From: Oopsacas minuta
Lineage: Eukaryota > Animalia > Porifera
NCBI GenBank assembly: GCA_024704765.1
Contig: JAKMXF010000356.1
Location: forward strand, 62,001-126,000
Length of the DNA stretch: 64,000 bases
Direction of reading: 5' to 3'
Position numbers and translations under genes: made by a program. The notes under the pieces are model-generated. The model ran no database searches. It was not told the DNA's origin and saw nothing but the letters and a program-made list of their open reading frames with translations. The number at the start of each line of letters is the position of its first letter. The first letter of the stretch is position 1. Below are positions 36,911 to 48,161 of the stretch, piece after piece.

Positions 36911-39900
36911 TTATTTCCTAGCATTAGCCCACGCTCCAATAGCATCTCCATCTCTCCGTAACCAGTCAGATTGTAGCTTTATCCTCTCACAACTCTGCTT
37001 AATAGTCCTATCTACAGAGGAACAGGGATTGGATTCGAAGAACCCAGTAATGTCCGCTATCTTGTCTGCATCAAAGAAGCCAGTTGTTGTACACTCTACT
37101 AAACCAACCAATAGGAATCCTCCCTTGAATTTATCGTTAATAGCTTTCCAGTTGTGCTTAACGAACTCCCAAGCCAGCTCCTTACCTAAGTAATTAGATT
37201 AGGTGTTAAGTTCCTATTCTCAGTGGTTCCAAACCGGCGTGGACCCCTTGAAGGCCCATGGAGGACAGCAGGGGTCTACAGGATGTGTTCAAATTGGTAT
37301 AGGGGCCCAATGAATGGGAGCCGGGGATTAATCATATATTAACACCTTTCTATATATCAAAATATAGGTTACAACAGCTAATCATATGGAATTAGATACT
37401 GTATATTTTAGTTTACATACCTTTAGCGGTTGCTAGGCAACCAGCTACACATGTATCCATATCCTGAGAACGTATATCATTAGACATAGATAGTTCCAGC
37501 ACCTGTTTAATTAGTTCTGGTTCCCTTACACTACCAAGACTAGCAATTATCCTAACTTGCTCTTCCTGAAGGTCTGTTGATTTCAATAGTTTTATTAAAG
37601 TTTGTAAAACTTTGGCGCCTTCCATTCTAGCTTGACAACAATAAACAGCTGAGCGTAGATCAGCTGATAGAGTTTCAGTTCCTATTTAAGATATAAGCAT
37701 AGTTTAAAATGTGATACAATATGATTAATCAAAGTCTAACCATTCATATGATTCCAGAACTTTTCCTTGGCAATAGCTAAATATGCTTCATCTTCATAAA
37801 GTAACATAGCTCCTATAACGATGGGTCTTAACATGGTGTCAAGAGGATCCTCATTGTCCTTCTGGTTCCATCCTATCTTACTAGCTATACCTCTGAATAT
37901 ATCCCTACCGAACCTCTTGTAGCTAAAAGAACAACAAGTAAACAATAACAATAAACAATAAGAGCAACACCTACCTATCCTGGTGGGGTGTATGAGACAT
38001 GAGGTTGTGTAGAGCGGATACAGATCCCGCTAATGCCCGCCAAACCGTGTACAGGGTCTCATGAGTCATAGATTGTACAGTTTCTAATAAATCTGTAGTA
38101 GATATGATACCTGCTTTAGCCTAAAAATAGGACAGTACTCTGTAATCTGGTTGGTGGACACATATTATCACCTATCTCAGAGGTGTGTGAATATATATGT
38201 ATAGTTTGTAGCTCTTACCAGTTCCTACTTTACAATACATAATATGGTCAAATACCTGAGCATACAAGTCGTTGTGAAGGCCTAGCCTATCAGAAGGTGT
38301 TAGTTTCAATTGCTTAACATCTGATAGAATATTTGCTAACATATCCCCTGAGTACTGCACCCTATAGAAACCTCTGTAACCTGGATTGAGGGACAGACAC
38401 TCATGAGCTGACACCCCTTCCAATCGTATCTCCTTCTCAGCTGATTCTAGGACGAATGAGTGTTTGTTTGGATCTGTTCCTGTTCCTATGGTTACCGGAA
38501 CTATCCATTGGAATGTGGGGTCTGGTGAAGAACCGTCCGCATTGAATTTAGACTGTTGGACTGTTAGTACCCTGAGATGTTAAATAGTAAATAACAACAA
38601 AATAAGGTGTGGAATACTCACATTAGAATAATTATACACATAAGCTGGATATCTACACCCCGCGGACGAAAGGACGTCGTCCATAACGTCACTCTAATTA
38701 GATTAATAACTGACCTAGTAGCCCCATCCATCTTAGAAGACACTTTAATAACAGGGAATCCCATCTGTAGAGTGAATGTAGACATAATCTTGGTTATAGG
38801 TTTACCACTCGCCTCCTCCAGACTGCACCACAAGTCCTCTGTCTGTGTGTTCTTATATGAGTATTTGGTCAGATAGGAATGCATACCTTTCTTGAAGGAA
38901 TCATCTCCAATGAAGTCATGTAACATACGAATTATTGAAGCCCCTTTGGAGTAAGAAATAGAGTCAAATATCTCCTCTATTTCTGAAGGGTGTCCTACTG
39001 CTACCTGTATAGTGAACAAATAAATAAGCAAGTAAACAACAGACAAACATATAAACAAACCAATTAACAAATAAACAAACATACAGACAAACTAATAAAG
39101 AACTGAACCAGTGGTTCCAAACATATTCACTCGTGGACCCACTATATACATGTTAACACGTTCTGTGGACCCCTGCTGTCGTCTGTGAGTCCCAGGTTGG
39201 GAAGTGCTGAACTAAACAAACAAACAAACAAACAAAATTAACAGAGTTTAATAGTCAGTTCACAAAAATTCTCAAAAAAGGTGTCATGTATCAAATCCCT
39301 AATCATAACCTATACAATAAATCTGCAAAGAATCAGAAATCTTCAAAGTAGAAATATGCAAAATTCCAATCTTAATTAATTCTGCGGATAATTAGCGCTC
39401 AGTTTTATTCGTTTACCAGCTGACTCTAATTTTTCTGGATCGATTATTGGCGGAAGATTTGTGTCTTTTGTGAATTTGTTTTGTTTTGTAAGTTCAAAAT
39501 ATTGTTCCGCTAAGGTGACAATTTGATCTTTGGCTAATATAAGGACATCCACATGGCACAGTCTTTTCTGGTCGATCGATAGGATCTCTTTGAGTTGTCC
39601 AAATGCTAATTTGTAGTTCCTCTTACGGGATTTTTCCCTATCACGTTTGAGCTGTCTGTCCTCTTCCCACATTTGAGGGGTCCAGTACTCCCGTGGGAGC
39701 ATGTCAGATCGCCGTCTGTGCGTGGGTCTCCCAACAACTGACATAGAGGTGTCAGACATTTTCCAGGGATTAATTCTAGTCATTGATATGATTACTGTTC
39801 TGAAGTAGGCGTAAAGATTATAATTATATACTTTAGATATTTCTAAAATTAGAATATTAGAATTCTAACGCCAAATATGCTAGCAAACCAAATTAAATAT

Positions 39901-41565
39901 AGCGCGTATTAGAGGCGGGAATTAAACTTACAAGGATTATAAGTAGCTAGGGGACTAACAGGTATAAACAAACAAACAAATTAGTACACAAGTAAACAGA
40001 TAAACAAACAAACAAGCAAACAAACAAATAAACAAACAAACCTCAACAGGATGAGAATTCATAAGAGCATCCAGTCTCAGAGCACTATCAAAATCCATAT
40101 TAACAAATTGTGTCCACATGTCAAATTCTGGAAATAACTTGTCAAGACACCAGAATTCCATCCAAGAAGCAAATCCCTCATTAAGCCACAAATGTGTCCA
40201 CCACTCCATCGTAACTAGATTACCAAACCATTGATGTGCCAGTTCATGTGCTACTACCAATGCTACATACTTCTTCTGGTTGATAGGGGAGTGCTTGGGG
40301 TCTAAGAGGAGACAGGTCTCTCTATACGTGACTAACCTGTATATTACATTATTAATATGTGGATTAAGGTAACACTTAATGGCGATTATCATAGAGGCAA
40401 TAAGTGGAACAGGACCTGATGATTAGTTCAAACTACCATCAGACCAATTGAGCCACTGGGATGGTGGGCAATCAGCTGTCCATTAACACCCTACAAAGCT
40501 TACCCCCAATTCTCCATCGCACCAGCAGCGAAATCAGGTATAGCAATAAGATCCATCTTCGGGAGAGGATATTTAATAGAGAAATAATCCTTGTAGAAGG
40601 GAAGAGCTTTAGTAGCAACATCCAGGGCGAATAGACCCTGCTCCTTCTTGCCCTTTGGGGTGTAGACTCTGATTAATATCCCATCGGTGTCTGTAGCCTC
40701 AACATAGTCAAACTCACCAACAACAAAAGCCAATAGGTATGTGGACATTATTGGGGTTCTAGCGAATGTAACTACTCTGTTATCACCTTGTAATTCATCG
40801 CTTGTGATTGGCTAGAATAGGAGGTGAAAATTGTATTAATGGACCGTGGATAGGTCATTTCTGATCTATAATATCCCTGGTCCAATCCTCACCATATTAG
40901 ATAGAGCTAGTTTATCACTAGGGACTACTAGAGTAACATCAAATGATGCTTTGAGTGCAGGTTCATCCCAGCAGGGGAATGCTCGTCTAGCGTCTACTGA
41001 TTCGAATTGAGTGGCAGCAGCATATCTATCCTCACCTTCAGGTGTTGTGTACTTGGATCTGGAAAGTAAACAATAATAAATATTTAAGAAACATAGTTTG
41101 TCTGTTTGTTTACCTGTAAAAGCCTTTCATTTGATCATTCAAGACACCTCTAAATGCCAAAGACAGCTTGCCGTCTCCAGTCAACGCATCATTGAATGTT
41201 AACTTAACAATCTCGCTGTCCTTATGGTACTCAACATTTCCCCCTTGTAAATTAGAACCAGGGATGTTAGCTTCATACGTGCAGGAATCAATCTCTATCT
41301 CACAAGAATTAAGAGTTACTGAATTTACATCTTTTGACACCTTTGTGTCAATAACAACATTTCCCTTGAAGGTGAAATCTTTCAAATTTGGTTCCAGTTT
41401 CAAATTATAGTTCACAGGAAGAATATGTGTGGGGAGACGTTCAAAAGCAGGTTTTGCTGTTGCCATGGTTACCTGACGGAATGGTCTATTGGAATGTAGT
41501 ATGGATAGTGAAGGAAGAAATCTGATTGGTGGAGGGCTAGCTAATGTTAAGCGGCTAATTAGCAT
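36911..41565 (-). CDS. NPEPPS: Puromycin-sensitive aminopeptidase (M1), multi-exon
   Basis: FERLP...PVNYNL, ATQFE...[73 protein letters not shown]. Confidence 0.95.
39109..39209. mobile_element. 101-bp hAT (Charlie-like) MITE in an NPEPPS intron
   Basis: Ends CAGTGGTTCCAAAC...GGTTGGGAAGTGCTG; 8-bp TSD aactgaac / aactaaac (7/8). Related ends at about 37222 and 54940. Confidence 0.65.
39376..39783 (-). CDS. Divergent bHLH protein nested in NPEPPS intron 39005-40041, same strand, single exon
   Basis: [46 protein letters not shown] fits the basic/helix1/loop/helix2 pattern. GC-richer coding-like island within an AT-rich intron. Confidence 0.65.
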   Translation of the reverse strand: MTRINPWKMSDTSMSVVGRPTHRRRSDMLPREYWTPQMWEEDRQLKRDREKSRKRNYKLAFGQLKEILSIDQKRLCHVDVLILAKDQIVTLAEQYFELTKQNKFTKDTNLPPIIDPEKLESAGKRIKLSANYPQN

Positions 41566-42022
41566 ACACTAATTGAATTAGAAATATGTAAATATAGAAT
41601 TTACATATTACCACAAAATTTCTTTGTAGAATTCGATAGGACAACAACAACAACAACAACAATAGTTATATAGATACATCCATCAATGGATAATCAATAA
41701 ACCTAAAATGAGAAGTTTGCTAGGAAAATTGCAATAGTTTAGTAGACAATCAAAGTTAAGTCAACTTTAGACACGACTTAAGAGTTTGTTAATATTTGGG
41801 TAAGTTTAAGCAAGTAATTAGTCTTTGCTAAAGTTAAACAAATCTTAAGTTAAGTTGTTTAGTGAATGAGGCGCCAGTAGTTTATAGGATCACAGTAGGA
41901 TTGCGTTACAGAGGCATTGAGTAGAGTATAAGTAAATATCACTAAAGTATGCTGTATACCCTCACAGATTGTTATATGTATATTGCTTATAATCAAATAA
42001 GTAAATATTAAACGGATAAATA

Positions 42023-43183
42023 ATGGCGAATAAACTCGAGGAAAAGAGTGACAAGGTTCCGGTTATAGAGAAGATAGGGGAGGAGATAGGGGAGGAGATA
42101 GGGGAGAAGATAGGGGAGGAGATAGGGGAGGAGATAGGGGAGGAGATAGAGGAGGAGATAGGGGAGGAGATAGGGGAGAAGATAGGGGACGAGATAGTGG
42201 AGGAGATAGTGGAGGAGATAGAGGAGAAGATAGGGGAGAAGATAGGGGAGAAGATAGTGGAGGAGATAGTGGAGGAGATAGGGGAGAAGATAGGGGAGGA
42301 GATAGGGGAGAAGATAGTGGAAAAGATAGAGGAGAAGATAGGGGAAGAGAGAGAGGAGGAATTAGAGAAACAGATTATAGAAAATGCGTTCCAAAAAGGT
42401 GTTCAATTGGATAAAGAGTCGCAGAAATACTTAGCGGATAAGCTTAAAGAATACTACAGTACACCGCCACATCCCTTATACGGCTCCCAGCAAATTACAG
42501 CATTTGCTGTTGGAGCATTGGCTGCACAATTCGGATTAAATATCGACCAAGACCTGTTGGCTGACTTATTGACTGATGTAGGGACCACTGTAATACAACT
42601 GGCTATTAGAAGGTTCTTACGACCTCAACAATACGCAGTGTTTCCAGCTACATTAGGGCCACGGATTAACCAAAATCAAAACCAAAATCTGCTGAGTCCT
42701 GACCTCACCATGAAGCATATGGTCTCACAAAGCATTAGACCTCTGGAATACACCCTGTACATATGTGCTAGTAGGATTACTACAGGCGTTAAATTACTAT
42801 ACCACTGTACGGTTGATGGGGAGGATTACATAACTAGTCCTTATTTCGTGGAAGATAAGAATGTGGGTGAAATAGTACCCTGTGCTGATCCAATAAACAT
42901 AACTGAAGACCTGAAAAGACCTAATCCTATACCTGCAATCAGGAGGGCGCTTAGGAGTTTAGAATCAAGCAATTCAGGAATGGATGATGGGTTCTATTTT
43001 GATGACTTTTCTTGGAAGAGAGTCGGTTCTGTGGGAAACTTTTCGCTCCAGAGTCCCAGACGAAGTTCAAGCAGTTCTCAGTTCCTTTATTGGATGGATG
43101 AAGCGGGTGAAGCTAGAAACCCTGAGGTGTCCTTTACCGAGAATAGATCTAGAGAGCTTCAGTTAGAAATAACAGAATCATAA
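42023..43183 (+). CDS. Uncharacterised protein, orphan family member A, with an N-terminal (E-E/K-I-G/V/E) array
   Basis: 386-aa ORF with a close paralog at 46408 and a distant one at 44531. No family recognised. Confidence 0.7.
   Translation: MANKLEEKSDKVPVIEKIGEEIGEEIGEKIGEEIGEEIGEEIEEEIGEEIGEKIGDEIVEEIVEEIEEKIGEKIGEKIVEEIVEEIGEKIGEEIGEKIVEKIEEKIGEEREEELEKQIIENAFQKGVQLDKESQKYLADKLKEYYSTPPHPLYGSQQITAFAVGALAAQFGLNIDQDLLADLLTDVGTTVIQLAIRRFLRPQQYAVFPATLGPRINQNQNQNLLSPDLTMKHMVSQSIRPLEYTLYICASRITTGVKLLYHCTVDGEDYITSPYFVEDKNVGEIVPCADPINITEDLKRPNPIPAIRRALRSLESSNSGMDDGFYFDDFSWKRVGSVGNFSLQSPRRSSSSSQFLYWMDEAGEARNPEVSFTENRSRELQLEITES
42068..42343 (+). repeat. Coding minisatellite, 23 x 12 nt (GAGGAGATAGGG-type)
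   Basis: Translates as 23 units of (E/D)(E/K)I(G/V/E); purine-rich on the + strand. Confidence 0.95.
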
Positions 43184-44530
43184 ACAATCAGTGTTTGTTT
43201 GTTTAAGAGGAATATTTGGTGATTTCTACTTGAGAGTGTAGAGGGGAGTAGGCTAGTGTTTGTTTGTTTGATAAGTAAATTTTGTAGCTTAAAATAGGTG
43301 TCAAAGGGTGTTAAGGGATCAGAGCACCAGAGGTCAAGAGGAACATTAACCGATACATGATATATACAGAATGCTGGTTCTAGGATCATATTTCATATTT
43401 GAATTATAGAGTTCAATATCAGCTGTAATAATACTTACAAATTGTATGTACACAAATATGTTAGACATTGAAAGTGTCAGAATCAAATTATACGTCCCTG
43501 TTAACACCTAATCAGCTGGTGGAAGCTATTCTGAAATTTGGCCACAAGTTGTGAAAATATGATTAATCATGTAATGATCACATATGCACAGTGGCACGAA
43601 ATGGTCAGAATGTGGAAATAGGTATTTTGATGGCACATAGGTCCTCAAAACGTATTATTGTCATATAGGTTTTCGACCCCAACGAATCGAATGGTATACT
43701 ATAAATAGCAGTTATTTGACGTGGAGAATCCATATTATTCAAAATTACATCATGACCACAAATTGGAACCATAAATCAATCTTTCGAATTCAATTATGCT
43801 CTCATTGGAATAGACGTGAGAGCCAAATGAAAAGTCTCTTGTAGAGATGTTAAATGTTTTCCGAGGTTTGTGGGGGTGCTGAATTCAAATATCAACATTA
43901 TAAAGCTATTTGAGGTTATAATTTTTTCACCTATTTCCACATGCCGTGCCACTGTGATATGAAACCTAGAAAGGAAGTTTATTCATTAAAATTGGAAATA
44001 ATCACTTCAGTAAGCATGCTATAGTAGCAAGCATACAAGTATAAATATTCACAATCATAACAATTATAATAAATATACATAAAACACCTGTAATGATCCA
44101 TATGATGTACTCCTGAGGATGGGAGCAGGGGACGAGGAGTTAGAATTTCATTATTTTGTGATGGGATAGCTGGAAAATTGGTTCATTAGATATACTAACT
44201 ATAATCACAGCTATTCCTGATAGTTTCCATCAATGAATATATTTTTGTTATTGTTTGTGAGGATAAATGATTTAAACTTTTGCTAGTAAGGTGTTTGCAT
44301 TTTAGGCTCATATCCTCAAATTCCAATCCTTCACACAGATACAATAACTATTGCATATGAAGATGAGAATAACAATTGACATTAGTATTTGTAGTAATAG
44401 TCAATAACTGCATGTTTGTAGTATATCTACTGATTTATTAAATTTGCATATATCTACCATTCCCTCTCACTGTTAACAAACTCTAGCTACATATTCATAC
44501 CTCAAATCAATCGTAGACAGAGTAGAGAAG

Positions 44531-45289
44531 ATGGCTTCCAAAGTTGACAAAGATCTACAAATACTAACACCTCAAGAAGGACTAGCTAACAAAGAGGAAG
44601 AAGTTAAATCTAAAGAAGAGACTACACAACCCCTTACTGAGGGGGTTAGACTCAAGGAATGCTCTCTGAATTCAGACACGAATTATGTACGCGAGGCATT
44701 AACTAGATTTCTACCTAATCATACCGTAGATACCTTCGAGTTGCCAGAAGCAAATTCCTTAGGAGATCCAGTTGTTATGCAGGTGTTAAGAATAGGTACC
44801 GTAAGAATAACTCCAGATCCTTTCGGGGTATATCTAGCATACGGGACACCACAGACTAGATATACACTATACAGAGCAACCAATAATGCCAATCCTTTCG
44901 AGAAGAAATACCTGTACCAGTGGGAAACTCGTAGGAGGACGTTAGTAACATCTCCTTTCCACGAACCAATTCCTACTCAGGGTTCTAGAGTTCCATGTGC
45001 TACAAGTGATATAACAGATGCCCTGATGGATAAGCACCCTATTGAGGCTATTGTGAAGGTGTTAGGGACAATAAAGTCCAATAGAATGGCAATCAATAAC
45101 GGTTTGGATGGTCCAGATTTTTCCTGGAGGCAAAGTGGTCCTGACTTCAATTTCACGGTGTCTGTACCTGATTATAAATCATTATGGGAAGATATAAATG
45201 AAAGCAGACTAGGTGCACAGCCTAAGCCAGGGATAAGACTAACAGGATATGAAAATAACAAGCTGAGGTTAAAACTAGTAGATGTATGA
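44531..45289 (+). CDS. Uncharacterised protein, orphan family member B, single exon
   Basis: 252-aa ORF; shares co-linear motifs RFL, YTLY, K.LY, TSP(F/Y), VPCA, PI.AI, DFSW, NF with members A and C. Confidence 0.7.
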   Translation: MASKVDKDLQILTPQEGLANKEEEVKSKEETTQPLTEGVRLKECSLNSDTNYVREALTRFLPNHTVDTFELPEANSLGDPVVMQVLRIGTVRITPDPFGVYLAYGTPQTRYTLYRATNNANPFEKKYLYQWETRRRTLVTSPFHEPIPTQGSRVPCATSDITDALMDKHPIEAIVKVLGTIKSNRMAINNGLDGPDFSWRQSGPDFNFTVSVPDYKSLWEDINESRLGAQPKPGIRLTGYENNKLRLKLVDV

Positions 45290-46407
45290 TCTATTTTTAG
45301 TAACACTCTAACTGAGATATAATTATTGGATGTACTAACTCTACTGTAATTAATCATAATATAAATTGTCTTAGATATTAGCTGCCGCCGTGTAATTATA
45401 AGTGAGGCCTCAATAAGGAGGGAATTGGGGATTCTACATACCTCATGCTAGGAGGATTTCTATGTAGAATATTCTAGAATAATCCATAAAGCTTGGGGTC
45501 AGCTGTCCTAAGATATTCTGTGATATTCAAGCATATACATGGTAATAGCAATTTCCTTATAAAGGAAACATATAAGCTTTGCTAATACAAGAATTCCACA
45601 GAATTCCATCTAGTTATCTGAGGAATTGTGGTTATACAGAATGTGCAACGGGACAAATATCATCCACTAAATGGTCAGCCATAATATTATAAGCAGCAAT
45701 GTAACTTGGAATTTGAAAGTATTCCTCTAACAGCGTTATAGACCTTAGACATGGAAAGTTAAGATATTAAACTAACTTGTGTGAAATAATATAAGTAATC
45801 AAGTGAGAGACAAGTAGACATTAGGGGTCTTAGAGTAATCGTAGAGGTGTTGTACCTCTCAAACACAAACGGATGAGGGGGGAATAAATACAATAGACTG
45901 AACTTAATAAGGTCACATAGGGAACAGTCCGGAATAAGTGTTGATCCAAGCCTTAGCTGTCTAAATATTACTGTGCAGATGACGTGTAACTAATCAGGAA
46001 GCCGTGACAAGTATCTAGGAAGCTATCCATGTCTACCCCTTACATTAGGATAAAACAGTCATGAATTCGAACAAATAATATTTTCCTTTGAGAGTTAGAA
46101 TCACGGTTGTCGATTGTACATCACCCCTGGCGGAGAAACAGGAAAAAACAAATTGATAAAGATCCCCTGTAAGAAGGTAGAGGCTAATACTAACATCAAC
46201 GGTTAGATTATATTATTTTCAATAATTACATTTACCATTTTAGGTGGTCTGAAATATGGAAATATTTTCTTTACAGCTAACCTGTATTATGTAATAATTG
46301 AGTAATATTAGAGACACGTCAGCAAATATTTAGTATTCAGCAAAACATAGCTGCTCCCTTATGTATATAATACAAAACAGGATTAAAACAAATAACAACA
46401 AGTAAAT

Positions 46408-47361
46408 ATGGGTAACGGTAATAGTCACGTCAAGTCAAAGAAACAAGGAAATCTATCTGACAATATCGAAGGACAAAACCACCTTACAAGAGCAGAAATG
46501 GAGCATGTAGGCAGTGGACTTGAAAGAGTAGTTAAGATAGAGGAGGAATTAGAGAAACAGATTATAGAAAATGCGTTCCTAAAAGGTGTTCAATTGGATA
46601 AAGAGTCGCAGAAATACTTAGCGGATAAGCTTAAAGAATATTACAGTACACCGCTACATCCCTTATACGGCTCCCAGCAAATTACAGCATTTGCTGTTGG
46701 AGCATTGACTGCACAATTCGGATTAAATATCGACCAAGACCTGTTGGCTGACTTATTGACTGATGTAGGGACCACTGTAATACAACTGGCTATTAGAATG
46801 TTCTTACAACCTCAACAATATGCAGTGTTTCCAATTACATTAGGGCAACTGATAAACCAAAACCAAAACCAAAATCTGCTGAGTCCTGACCTCACCATGA
46901 AGCATATGGTCTCACAGAGCACTAGACCTCTGGAATACACCCTGTACATATGTGCTAGTAGGATTACTACAGGCGTTAAATTACTATACCACTGTAGGGT
47001 TGTTGGGGAGGATTACATAACTAGTCCTTATTTCGTGGAAGATAAGAATGTGGGTGAAATAGTACCCTGTGCTGATCCAATAAACATAACTGAACACCTA
47101 AGAAGACCTAATCCTATACCTGCAATTAGGAGGGCGCTTAGGAGTTTAGAATCAAGCAATTCAGGAATGGATAATGGGTTCTATTTTGATGACTTTTCTT
47201 GGAAGAGAGTCGGTTCTGTGGGAAACTTTTCGCTCCAGAGTCCCAGACGAAGTTCAAGCAGTTCTCAGTTCCTTTATTGGATGGGTGAAGCTAGAAACCC
47301 TGAGGTGTCCTTTACCGAGAATAGATCTAGAGAGCTTCAGTTAGGAATAACAGAATCATAA
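46408..47361 (+). CDS. Uncharacterised protein, orphan family member C, with N-myristoylation-like start MGNGNS
   Basis: 317-aa ORF; 46539-47588 is a recent duplicate of 42352-43360, including the 3' flank. Confidence 0.7.
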   Translation: MGNGNSHVKSKKQGNLSDNIEGQNHLTRAEMEHVGSGLERVVKIEEELEKQIIENAFLKGVQLDKESQKYLADKLKEYYSTPLHPLYGSQQITAFAVGALTAQFGLNIDQDLLADLLTDVGTTVIQLAIRMFLQPQQYAVFPITLGQLINQNQNQNLLSPDLTMKHMVSQSTRPLEYTLYICASRITTGVKLLYHCRVVGEDYITSPYFVEDKNVGEIVPCADPINITEHLRRPNPIPAIRRALRSLESSNSGMDNGFYFDDFSWKRVGSVGNFSLQSPRRSSSSSQFLYWMGEARNPEVSFTENRSRELQLGITES

Positions 47362-47577
47362 ACAATCAGTGTTTGTTTGTTTGTTTGTTTGTTGCATTTT
47401 CATAGAGACTACTAGTTATATTTGTTTGCGTATTTTAGAGGAATATTTGGTGATTACTTAGAGTGTAGAGGAGAGTAGGCTAGTGTTTGTTTGTTGTATA
47501 AGTAAATCTTGGTAGCTTAAAATGGGAGTCAAAGGGTGTTAAGGGATCAGAGCACCAGAGGTCAAGAGGAACATTAA

Positions 47578-47754
47578 CCGATACATGAGTGGCAAATAGA
47601 CGGCGAAGAAACAAGCTTCAGCATTCGAGTACCTGATGGTAACTTGTGGTGGCAGGATACAGATGATGAGAGGCTAGGGACAAGACCCAAACCTGAGGTC
47701 ATACAGACATGTAATAGAAGCCAGAAGATGTTAATAAAATTGAATGTAACCTGA
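47578..47754 (+). pseudogene. C-terminal fragment of a fourth orphan-family member (B-like)
   Basis: PIHEWQIDGEETSFSIRVPDGNLWWQDTDDERLGTRPKPEVIQTCNRSQKMLIKLNVT* aligns with B's FSWRQSGPDFNFTVSVPDYKSLWEDINESRLGAQPKPGIRLTGYENNKLRLKLVDV*. It is preceded by an in-frame TAA. Confidence 0.6.
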
Positions 47755-48161
47755 TCTATTAATAGCATCATTCGACACGGATTAGCCGTGTCTGTATAAT
47801 TGTGTATCATACTATTGTTACTTGTAAATATAATGGGACATGAAGAGGTCATCTCAAACTCCAAGGGGCAGGGAGTTTACGTAACTAAGGATACTGGAAT
47901 GTTTGATACATTAAATATTGGCAAATATACAAATGGAATAAAGGCACAAACGTATGATCAAACCTCCCACCGAACTGAGGACGTTTATATGACCAGAAGG
48001 GTATCTAGGGAGCATGCAGACCCCCTTAGCCTGTAAGCTGATATTAAATTAGTTACATACCGTAACCATAGAAACAATAAAGGAATGTACAAATATATAA
48101 TGGGGGGAAATATTCAATTCAAATCTTTTCAATTGTCAGTTAGAAGCAAAAAATTATGAAA

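Noticed and set aside
42068-42343. Possible CRISPR-like array
   Set aside because: Contiguous 12-nt units with no unique spacers, in frame in an ORF, eukaryotic context, no cas genes.
47800-48036. 78-aa ORF between the orphan cluster and the trefoil gene
   Set aside because: No similarity to the cluster domain or any family I recognise; non-ATG start in the track.
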